The notes under the pieces are model-generated. The model was not told the origin of the DNA. It searched no databases and saw only the letters and a list, made by a program, of their open reading frames with translations. The translations under genes and the position numbers were made by a program. DNA of 64,000 nucleotides, from NCBI GenBank assembly GCA_963924565.1, contig OZ004607.1:15934001-15998000 (forward strand), read 5' to 3'. How positions within the stretch are numbered: position 1 is the stretch's first letter; each line of letters starts with the position of its first letter. The DNA is from Ascidiella aspersa (taxonomy: Eukaryota). Below, piece by piece: positions 12,901 through 24,900 of this stretch.

Positions 12901-15900
12901 ACTTTTACGTATAAAAATAAATCAAATCACCTTGCCCCCAATAAATTCAATTTTCAAATCTATTAACTTGAAATATGTGTGAATTATAGAGTTGAATATA
13001 ACGGACTCTGACTACAGTTCAGCAATTAGCTGTTATTAACGTATTTAGTTGTTATTAACAATTTGCTGTTCGTAATTTAAAACCGGCTATTAACACAAAA
13101 TAACTTTAACTGGTACTTATATAAGTTACGACGATTAACGAATATAGTGTTTCTTTACATCTGTTTAATTTAACTTCTACGTGGACTTACGATTGATGAT
13201 TTAAGAATGCTGTTTTGAGAAATACACTTTAAAAGAACAAAAAAGTTCATACACGGCTTACCAGTTAAAACTTGTGGCATTCGCCCGATCTATTGAGCCT
13301 CTGGCCCGATATAACCCTGGCGCTAGTTATCCAACGCAAAATTCGTTAAACCCAACACAGTTAATAAAACGTTTCCAGCGAATATTATTCGGCAGATTAA
13401 AGTGTTACTATTGCTGACGCTAAATCGCGGTGTGCAAAAAAATTAGGCTTCGTTTGTTTCTGTGAAAGGAGTATATCGAAGAAATATATTACTATAATAT
13501 ACTAAAACAACTGTTTAAATGACTAAGTAAACGGTTTCCTTTAGCGCACTTGGCTCAGAATCAGACGTATGACTATTTTTTATAGCGAAATAGATCCCAA
13601 GCCAGTTCAAAATCAAAATGATTTTGCAATGATGGTGCATCATTCGCGGTGCAGATTACTTCAACATTTTTATTTTAGTTATGTTTCCTAAATTGCGAAA
13701 TTAAACTGATTGAGTGGGTACAGCTACGCGCTTTAGGAGGTACTCACTGCTTTGCCCTTTCATTAAACCAGATCGTTTTCATATGCAGAAAGCATCCGCT
13801 GAACGAAGTAAAAAGACGAAGACGATGGAACTTATAGAGAAAGCAAAGGCTGATGCGTTGGCTTCTGCACAGGTTACAGACCTTTTTTTTTCTTTTTCCC
13901 AAAGTTTTACTAGACTATCCCGCCATTTTTTAAATGGCAGCTTATTGCGACACGCCCAGTCAGGCTTACCTTCAGCCACGCCTGATAGGGTTGTTGAGAT
14001 TTTGAAATTTTTAAAAAGTTTAGCTAATCGAAGTTTTTCCCATGGTTTGGACCTTAAAAATAGGATTGACGAAAAAAAATTTAAATTTGGGTCATGATTT
14101 CGCCCTCCTCAAAGCCCCCAAAGTTTAGCAGTTAAAATCATCAAAATATGGGAATTCCCCTATTACGAAAACTTGCTAAATTTGCTCTATTGTTACCAAA
14201 CGGTGGCAAATAGTATTGTAAAATGTTATTTGTAATACATCAACAACAAATACACATATTTAACACAAAGGAGCATTGAAAATTAGCTAAAAAAACTTTT
14301 TTTGCAACGATTGTATTTTTTAAAGTCTGGAAACTATCGCCGGTGTTCTTCTACGACTTGCAGGAGGCTAGCATGCTGCTGTGCATCATCAGTGATGTTT
14401 GCTGAATAATCAGTATTTACCTTGACCATTCTCTCAGCAGCATCATAACAACTTGACAGTATTTACAAAATTTTCTGCAACTTGGTAGTCTTTATCTTGC
14501 GGCCAGTCACAAACTGGAAGCCTCAGCCAGTTGCACTGAATGTCAAGAGATAAAAAAAGAAACCAGGACTCCTAGCCGACTAAATTTTCAATTCTGGTGC
14601 ATCCTGTTTCTTTTGAACGCATTACTGGCAACTCCAGGGGAAATTTACTTGGGTATTGATTGGGTGTATCTAAAGTTTTTCTTGCCAATGCCGATTTCCT
14701 ATCTTCGTCCATAGTAGGGTGAGAACTGAACATAGAAAACAATACAGTTTCTGCATTTATGTACCAATGATCAACTTTAGCAGCTTGTTGTAGGCAACCT
14801 ACTGAATACTCTTTCATAGTTTGACAGCCAAAACGTCAGGTATTTATTAAAGATTCGGAACCAATACCTGTTTTTACCTAAGCTGAAACATAAAACAAGG
14901 CAATAAACTGGTTGATGCGCTGCCGGTGGTTTACAAAATCTTGTTCGTAGCCCATATGTTACATCCACATGAACATTGTTTGGCAGTATAGGACCTGGCT
15001 CATCCATCGAGCACTGCATGTAGCACCAGGTTTGCCAAACAATGTTCATGTGGATGTAACAGATAGGCTACGAACTATATTTTGTAAACCACCGGCAGCG
15101 CAACAACCAGTTTATTGCCTTGTTTTATGTTTCAGCTTGGTAAAAACAGGTATTGGTTCCAAATCTTTAAAAAATACCTGACAATTTACAAACCATGAAA
15201 GAGTGTTCAAAATATGACAACCAGGTGGCATAGGTTGCCTACAACAAGCTGCTGAAGTTCATCATTGGTACATAAATAAAGAAACTGTATTGTTTTCTAT
15301 GTTCAGTTAACACCCTACTATGGACGAAGATAGGAAAGCGGCATTGGCAAGAAAAGTTTGGATACATCCAATAGCCAAGTAAAGTTTCCCTGGACTTGCC
15401 AGTGATGCGTTCAAAAGAGCACCACAATTGAAAATTCAGTCGGCTAGGTGTCCTGGTTTCTTTTTTCCCCCTAAACGAAGCAACTGGCCGCAAGATAAAG
15501 ACTACCAAGTTGCAGAACATTTTGTAAATACTGTCAAGTTGTTATGATGCTGCTGAGAGAATGGTCAAGTTAAACACTGATTACCCAGCAAACATCACTG
15601 ATGATGCACGGCAGCATGCTAGCCTCCTGCAAGTCGTAGAAGAACACCGGCGATAGTTTCCAGAATTTAAAAAAACAATCGTTGCAAAAAAATATTTTTT
15701 AGCTAATTTTCAATGCTTCTTTGTGTTGAATATGTGTATTTGTTGTTGATGTATTACAAATAACATTTTACAATACTATTTGCCACCGTTTAGTAACAAT
15801 AGAGCCAATTTAGCAAGTTTTCGTAATAGGGGAATTCCCATATTTCGATGATTTAACTGCTAAACTTTGGGGGCTTTGAGGAGGGCGAAATCATAACCCA

Positions 15901-18900
15901 AATTTAAAATTTTTTCGGTCAATCCTATTTTTAAGGTCCAAACCATGGGAAAAACTTCGTTTAGCTAAACTTTTCAAAAAATTTCAAAATCTGAACAACC
16001 CTGTCGCCTGACGACAGGGTTCTGTATTTGATCGGTGAAGTTTTACTTCCGGTCGAAGTTAAGTTTACTACAGGTCGAAATGTTTTACTACAGGTCGCAA
16101 TTTTTTTAGTGGCATCCTGTCAGGGCGATGCATATAAGGTATACGTTTGCGTTTCGATTTATGATCGAAATCGCACGCTATTCGACTCGCAAAGCCAACA
16201 TCTTTCCGCGTGGCTGCCGCCGTGACCTTGGAGTGCCCTCTGTAATCCCGTACTTTATTGGAGGGCTGGGGCCCGTTGATATGTGTCCTGCACTGGTTTG
16301 TTGGACAGAGATGTCTTGACAGCACGTCCGGCTGACCACTTGGCCGCGGATTCGGTTTCACTTAATGCTCTCCTAACTAGTTTGTTTTTGTAGCGCGTTA
16401 ATTTGCCACTTTATCAGTTAAAGCGTGACACACGGGCAGGCGCCAAGAGAGTCCAGTGATCACCCCGTTAATGCACGTTTAGTATTGCGATAACTTTTCT
16501 TTACTTCACCAACGAAACGAAGTCGAATTCTCCTCCAATCAGAGTCGATGCAGTTCAAATAACCTCGTGTCCACACGGAGTCAAGCTGCTATGTACTCTG
16601 CCACGGTCATTGATCTAATCCTATTACTGAGAGTTCACGAACTCTTACCTGTCACTCATTCACATTGGCAAGGGGTCTCGGGGTTGCCTGCCTTACTTGT
16701 GACGTCAACGTGGTTAAGGCTGATCAAAGTTTCCTATTACCAGCGGTCTATAAGTTATTTTTGGTCTGTCTACAACTTTGCAACTTGAACTGAATCGCAA
16801 AGGTTTGTTTGTGTTTAGTAGTATTGCCGTCAGTGAAACACTTTCTCACGGTATTTTGTTGTTGTGCTATTCGCGGTCACCCAGTAAATACCTGTAGAAT
16901 ATCGTTAACTAAATGTGTTGTAGCACTTGTTTCTTGTTTGTTGCAGAGCCCCAAGCGGGAAGTAAGCGAACGAGCTCAGAAGTTGATTGACGAAGCTCGC
17001 GCCACATTGGGGAGAACTGACAAACCAATCAAGCAACTGCCTAAAGACGATCAAGGTAGGTCTGGTTGACAAGAACCTCCAAACACAGAGCCCATGTCTA
17101 TATTTGCGTCTGGCATTCGAGGCCACCTTTAAACAAGCACCTTCCTGTGTTTCAGGCTCGCCATCGCTCGGCGCCCAGTCATGCGCATCTGAAACGTCAA
17201 CAAAACGACATTCTACTGACGGACGCGGCGCGCCTTTCAACGGGATCGGCGCGATTCCAGCAACAGCCAAGCAGTCGGAATCGGATAGCGTTGTAAACGC
17301 GCTGGAGAACAGCAGTTCCGCTTCGCTGTCCAAAAGCAATAGCTCGAGTGGCTACGAGTCGCAAACACGTGACACCACCGACGAGAGTCTGTGCGAACAC
17401 GCCAACGGCACAATTGACGCAAACCCTCCTGTTGAGCGCCCCATCGGCGAAACAAACTTAGGCGGTGGTGAGTCCCTCAAAGGCGCCGCAGATCCAATTG
17501 ATGACGCATCCGAAATAAAATCGCGTGATCTGGAGCCAAGCGAAACCGAGGTGCCCCATGTTGGTTCTTCGCCACTACTCAGCTACCATCCCCTGCAGTC
17601 ACCGCTTCACGAAATCGTGTCACCTCTCAACCCATTTCTTGCAGAAGACAGTGATAAGATTCATGTGGCAGATGGAGAAGGCAAAGGTATAGTTTCGCCC
17701 TAAAGCAAATGCAAAAAATCCTATTTTTACATTTAATACAGCATCATTTTCAGGTTTCGTGATGAATGTTGATATTGTTTCCGATGATCTTGATTTGCGA
17801 AGTTCCGAAAGTAATGTCACCCCGTCACTTCAAGGTTGCTATAATTAAAATGTGGATTACTTTACTAATCATTATTTTAGTTATAAACTGTTCTTTGGCA
17901 TTGCTATGTATTTATCTATATCAGGGGTCGGCAACCTTTTTCTAGTTGCGGGCCCAAACCAAACTCAGAAAGGTCTCTGTGGGCCGCACAAAATGTTAAC
18001 TAAGAATTGTGTTATTTTCATGTTAGAACACCTAGGAATCAGGCGGGACTGGGATATTTTTTGCTCATAAAAACGTGTTTATTACATTTACAGAGGCAAT
18101 AAAGTGTTGACGCAAAGGGCGAAAAAAACGTTTGTTTGGTTACAAATTTGAGTCCACATGTTCTTCATCCATACTACTAATGAAAAGTGTAATAAAACTA
18201 CCTTGATGAATCGCGGTAACATTTAAAGTTAATCTAGCTGTGTTTGTTGTTAACCGTTAGTCGAGGCCCACCTGGCGAGCGAAGCGAGCGCGAATTTTTT
18301 GGGGTATACCGGTATTTATTTTAATTTATTGAAGTTTTTATTACATTGCCGAAAATAAAAAATAAAAAATGTTAAAAAATATATGTCCAATATTTTTTAA
18401 TATGTTTTCCGTGACGCACTGGTCAGTCTTCCACGGCGCAACGGTAAAGAACCGCTGATCTAGTTGAAAAGGCAGAATTAAAACGTAAACAAACCGGACG
18501 TAGGATAAACATTCGCGCGAAGCGCGAAGATTTTTTGCAATTACGTGGTTAAAATAATCAAAACGTTTGTGAAATAGACTCATGTCTAATTTGTCAAAGA
18601 GGCGGCGGGCCGGATGAATTACATCGGCGGACCGGATCTGGCCCGCGGGCCGTAGGTTGCCGACCCCTGATCTATAGTATATACTACCTATATTGCTTAG
18701 CAAGCACCCTACTTTTTTTTAATCGTCCAATAATTTGTTCTATATCAACTGCCATAGCACAGCTTTTGTAAAAACCACACGTGGCAAACAATGGTCGCAC
18801 CCCTGCTCATGTTAGCCTTGTACACCTTAAATGCAACCGTGCCCTTATTGGTAAAGTATAGCAATCACGCCTAACAATTATAATAATTTTAAGATAAAAA

Positions 18901-21900
18901 GTTTGTAGTTGGTTGTAACCTTTGTTTTTGTGTTGTTTTGACCAATGGCCACCCTTGGTCAGTAGGGTTGTAGTAACTTATCACGTATCTGAATATTTTG
19001 TTGAAGGCGAAGGTATTGACTTCGACACCAACGCATTAAGTCCAAAACCACAGGTTGAGATGCGAAGGAGTCATGCAGGATCAGCTTCTTTGGGTACGAC
19101 CTTTTTATTAGTGCTTAAAGAAAACTAGAAAATATGAATTAGGGGCCTCTTGAAAAGTATATGCTGACGGAGAATGTTATATTAAGCGTGGCTCCAACTA
19201 AGTAACATTGAAGTAAGTCATGAATCAATAGCAGTAAACTGTGTGGGAACAGATAAACAAGATTTTAGATTTATATATATCCTAACAACTGTCACTATCT
19301 TCAATGTAAATATTACTAGCTCATGCTTTATACCTAACGTCTACTTGACTTTGACGCTCAAATTAAAATATGCTATCTTTGTTTGTTTTTTGCCGTCGTT
19401 TTTGATTAAATTTGCAATAAATAGTAACATAGTAGGTTCAATGATTTTTGTTTTAGAATCTGTGCCTAATCCAAAACTGACAGTGGAGGGTTTTTTTTCA
19501 AATAACAGGATCTAAAAGAAACTAAAAATGTTTAAAAATATCTAAAACAATGCTAGTTCAAATAAAGATATTTTTTGTTATTTTGATGTTGTTTGGTTTT
19601 GTTAGGATTTTTATTTGGTATACATCGTAACAATAGGTCGATCTCAAAAGAAGGTAAATTTTCTTTATTTCACTAGTTTTGTATGCATAACAATTTTATA
19701 GTTGACCGACTTTCGGTGGCCAGCACGTCAGACCTTCATCGTAGATTGAGCACTGCTCTACAGAACAAAGATGGATCAACAATCAATGTTCTTCTTACCG
19801 AGGTGGGCAGAATGCAATTATTATAATCCATTAACATAATGTTTCGTGGTATTTTGACATTAACAACTGGTTTACAATCATTTAAAATCCATTACGTGTT
19901 GCATTTGAAGCTGCGTACAAAAATTTTCTTCATTTATTGTTTTAAAGCTCGAGAAAGAACGATTATCGCTGGAGAAAGAACAGAAATTGGTTGAGGAAAG
20001 ATCCGCTGAAGTTCAGTTGGAGCTCCAGGATCTTAAGTCAACTAGTAAGTTTAATATTCCACACGGAGAAATAACATTAGCGCCAAACACGTAGGAAACA
20101 ACGCTAGCGTCAGCCCTACCAGCTAAATTATGCGCAACCACGTGGTGGCGTGCGTAGTACATCCTTATCTCAAAATAAATATTTCTCCCGTGGAAAATTG
20201 GTCGCGTGTCTCAGACAAAAAATAAACAGTTCTTTTTCCCGATTTTTTTAAAAAGGGCCAGGCGTTTTTTGTGTTTAAAGGCGTGTATTTACCTTAGTTA
20301 TCTTCTTGGTGCAATATTGGATTGACGTCTTCGAAAACTTGAGATATGTGTCGTGTTTGCAACTAATTCCAATTTTATTACGGTAAAAAAAATATATATT
20401 TTTATGAAAGGCAGTGTTTGATATTAAGGTATAATATATACATTACGGATGTGGAGTTGCATTTGGAAGGAGATGCAGTTGCGACCGTTTTGTCGCACAT
20501 ATGTGACCCATTCAAATGCGCACTTTCATATTCGACCTCATTAAAATTTTACGCTAATCTCGTAATGTTATACGACCTAATCCGACCACAGAAGTAGGCG
20601 ATTCGGTTTCACTAATCTGCTCCGATCGTTCACCGCTTTCAAGCGCTTTCCTTAATTGAAAATACTGGCCGCACTTAATTGGCCCTGCCCTGGTCTGCGT
20701 GATGCATTATTAAGCGTTAAAAGCGCTTGCACGTGCCCCTAGTTAACTTGACCATTGTATAATTGCGATTCAGTGTAAGGCCGCTCATCGATTTTATCCT
20801 GATTTTCTACATCGGTCACAACACAGCAACTTTTCGGGACCGGTATGTTAAAACAATGGAGCATTCATTTTATAAAGCATTCTACCGAATTCCTTTATTT
20901 TTGGTTTTACTATTACTTTGTTTTAACATACATCGACATCCATACTTAATCCAGTCATTTCCTGAAGTATCTTCTTACCGTTAAAATGATAATGTTTTAC
21001 GATCCACTACGTCTCGTCCCAGAGCAAACATTCACACTGAGGTCGTGTTGGTACTTGCCTATCTACCTTGTAAAGCTTAAATCCACAATACAAGATGCGG
21101 TTAGTACTCGCCCTATCCGCCTTACAGCAGATCCCTGATCCCGTTATTGCAGGCACGTCCCTGTCTGCTAAGCCCCATATCAAGGTTTTTATCTTCTCCG
21201 ACGCACCTGCAGCTGTCTTAATTCATCGCCCTATAGCAGTTATGCACACACCCTTGCCCGTTTGCTGTAATCGCAAGCGGTCTATTCCAACCAGGCGCCT
21301 TACTGCCATGAAAATCCTTGATCCGATTTGGGTGGTTTTCGTTGAAAATTATAATCGGCTCCGTCGATCTACTTTTGCTCCTAAATCCCCTTACCACAAC
21401 TATCTGTCCTTTAAATGTGTTTCACTTGTACGCTTGGCGCGCCAGTGGAGTAAGGCAACTACAGAAGGTGCATTGAATAGTCTGGTCAAGATGGGTACTA
21501 GATCCCTTATTTAAACTGTCTCATTTAAAAAATATTTTTGTTATTTTGTGACTCAGTTGGCTTTAGCCGGTACCAGTTATAACGATTGTGTAAAATGAGA
21601 CTTTTTGGTGATTGTGAAATATTAGGCGGAAAAATGCTGCGGATTTAAGTTTAAATCTATACCAGGTTTTTAATTCTTAAGAATTATTAAAGTTTAATTC
21701 AAGACAAAATGGCGGCAACGTTCCGACTGTTGGAAGTAAAGTCCTTTCTCTGCTGTGCTAGTCAAGCGATATCGGAAAGATGGCGAATTGTTATGTAGGT
21801 GGAATGTTGTATGTTTACCGTGTTAACTGACGTCGATATGATCGGCACTTCAAACGTTGCCAGGTGTGTGTTTCTCTCGTCGACTTTTGTTAAGTAGTGG

Positions 21901-24900
21901 GGTGTCGCTGGTTTGCGTGCGGTGACTTGCAAACCTCGCCGCCTCGAAATTGTCGCGGTCATACGAGAAAGTATTTACTTTAGAAAAAAGAGCAACAACC
22001 AAACTGTGGCAATTTTCTCAGCCATCCGCTATTTTGCTCTTCTCCACCCAATTTCGATTTCCCCCACTCGTGACGCACTTCGGTTCGGACAGGGAGCGAG
22101 GGACGATTGAAATATCAACTTTCGAAAAGTGCATCCCGCCTTTTTCGTGCCCCCTCTTCTTCCTATCGACTTGTCGCGAATTCGACGTTTTTCGATGCTA
22201 TCTCAAGCGCCCTGTCAGCTCCAAGGTCGACCCCGTGTCAGTCAGGATTAAGGGACCTCGACTTGCGCTTGCAATCTATGCCCACCTTTCAAACACCAGC
22301 TTTACAAACGGAAAAGCGCGTAGCAGCAAGCTATGTTATGTGTGTATTCTTGTGACAACTGGCACACAACCATTTTACGCGGCTTCAATCATGACACAAG
22401 ACTTTAATTTCGCCTGTTGTTTTGGAAAGTGGATGCGCGATACAGTGGATCTTGGCAGCTTGCCCAAAGACCCATTAATTTCGAGAGAATTTATTTTGTC
22501 TTTTCTCCCCACCCGGTGGACACGCAAAATATAAGTCAGCTTTTAGAAAGTAAAATTGCAGCATTTTGTTGGGCATGGAACAGTCGTCTCCTTATTATGT
22601 TGGTCAGATAACTTGGTCTTTGCTGATAAAAACAGTTATTTTAACTCTTTGTAACGCAGTCTATAGGATTCTATAATATATTATACATTTATAGAGAATC
22701 ATAGGGATTGCAAAATGTTTTGTTATTCGTAATTTAAATATCTGTTTTGCAGTACATATCGACATAAACTTGATAAAAAAAATATTTATGGACAATTTGT
22801 AAAAAATATTTTTCCTACCCAATGAAAACTGATCCTCTTTCAACATGAGCATATATGTAGTTGGTAATTTCGACTCCATGGACACTAGGTGTCACTAGTC
22901 GACTTTAGCGGATAACATGCAGTAAGTGAACTTGGAACGGAGATCGTAGAGGTGATAATGTCAAGGCCAGCATGCCACTTGTCGGCCATTTTATCGATTC
23001 ACTCGACGAACACGGTTTTGTAATTACCAAGTCCGCGTTTTTTCTTGTTCACCTATAAATTTAAACAACACCCTTGCTGGACGCACTCTGTACCTTTCGG
23101 AGTGCAGTTCGCAGCATTTCCTTTCTCCAAGGAAATTCGAAACACTTGCAGATTATTCCAATCCCTTTATCGGGCGCTAATCTGATCTGCAAAGCTTCAC
23201 TAACAAATGCTATTCCGCGGGACCAAATCGGTTTCGAGAATGCTGTGTTGCCCAGGCCTACTGTTTGTTGTTCTACGTTACGCCCATTGCTGATAGAAGC
23301 AGCTGCAACGTCCACGCGCTTCTTACAACCAGGACAGAAAAAGATTGTGGAAGTTACTCGCCTTGTTGTGTTCTTGTGTTTTGATGTGTTGTGCCTTTAA
23401 CCGGGCGCGATTCATTCAAGTCACGGGCCTGTCTGTGTCGCTGACAGTGCGACAATGCCTTGTTGGTCTAGCAGCTGTCGGGCCGCGCCCGGGCACTTTA
23501 TTCGCGGTGCGAGCATATGCGCCCCGGCCCGTCTCCACCTTTCCATCAGATGTCGCAGCAAGTTGTATAACAGGACTTCATTTCGCTTGTGCTGGAAACG
23601 TGGCGCCGCTGGTGCGTGGGTGGTCGCCAGAATGCCTTCATTCCAGCATTCTTAACGCTCCTCTTGTCGACGAGTTGCCTGTGTGTCCGGCTCCTGCTGT
23701 CCGTTTGGAATGACCGCCTCCCTTGTAGCCGCTGTGGTCGTCCAGAGTGACCTGTCAGCCCATTAAGTAGGCGTGTCGATTGCTTGTTCGTTGCTGCCCG
23801 TGTTGACGTATTGAACCTTCTTCATTTAACAATCAATTTGGCATCGTCATTTTGAAATGCTCAAAACTTATATTTTTGTAACTCGGATACGTTATGAGTA
23901 GTGCAATTATATTTCGTTTATTACAAACATATCTAAAATATCAGTACGGTTGCTTGCCATAATGTTTAATATTGTAGATCGTATACAGTAAGCTTTTCTA
24001 TTGTGTTGTTACTACGAAACATTGCTGTGGTGCATCGTCGTAATTCACAAAAAATAAACAAAAAAGCGTTTTCTCGATGAACATCGTGGGGCAGTTCGCG
24101 TGAGAGCGAGCTATCATTGCTTTAACCGGTGAGCTGGTTCAATTACAGTGATGCGAGGCACAGCATCGACATTTCATTCCGCCGTAATCTCTCCATCTGC
24201 AGCCCTTCGTAAAGCGACACCGTCAGGGCATCAGCCACCACAGACCGGGCGTCACTTGTTCTAATGCAAGTTATGTTGAGATTCGCGTAATAAATTCGTA
24301 ATGTTTTATTGTGATGCCTTGTTCAGCGCTTCTTATTTGTTTCTTCTATTCGTTATGCGAGCCTTTGTTGCAATCCCGCAGGCCGCAAGTAATGTAAAAG
24401 GGTAGGATGTTACGCATTTTTCAACTAAATGTAGCTTAAAAGCCCAACTATTATTTTAAATGGATTAATGACCATCAGTTGTAATTAAATTATTTCAGAA
24501 ACATATCGATTTATGCAGCTTAAGGTTTTCAAGTTACAAGCACATTGCTTGTTTAACTGCATGAAATTTTAATCAAGTTTTGTTGGAATACTGAAATTAA
24601 TAAGAACTTGTCTATGATGACGTCACCTTTATTTGGTGTAGCGGTGAATCACTGGCATGTTGTGAACGTTTCGTGGACGTTTGAATGCGCTGTTCGTGAG
24701 ATTTTTGTCCGCCCAAGCTAATCCACATCCGACAGAACACGTCATCGCACCTCTCAAAGGCGCCGCTAGATTTTTACTAGAACGCAAGCTCCATGGTGAA
24801 ATATATCACATGGGAAATTTATTGCGATTTACTCTGATTACCTAAATTTTTATCGCTTGTGTAATAGCAGTATCAAAAGTTTTTAATTTATATATAATGT

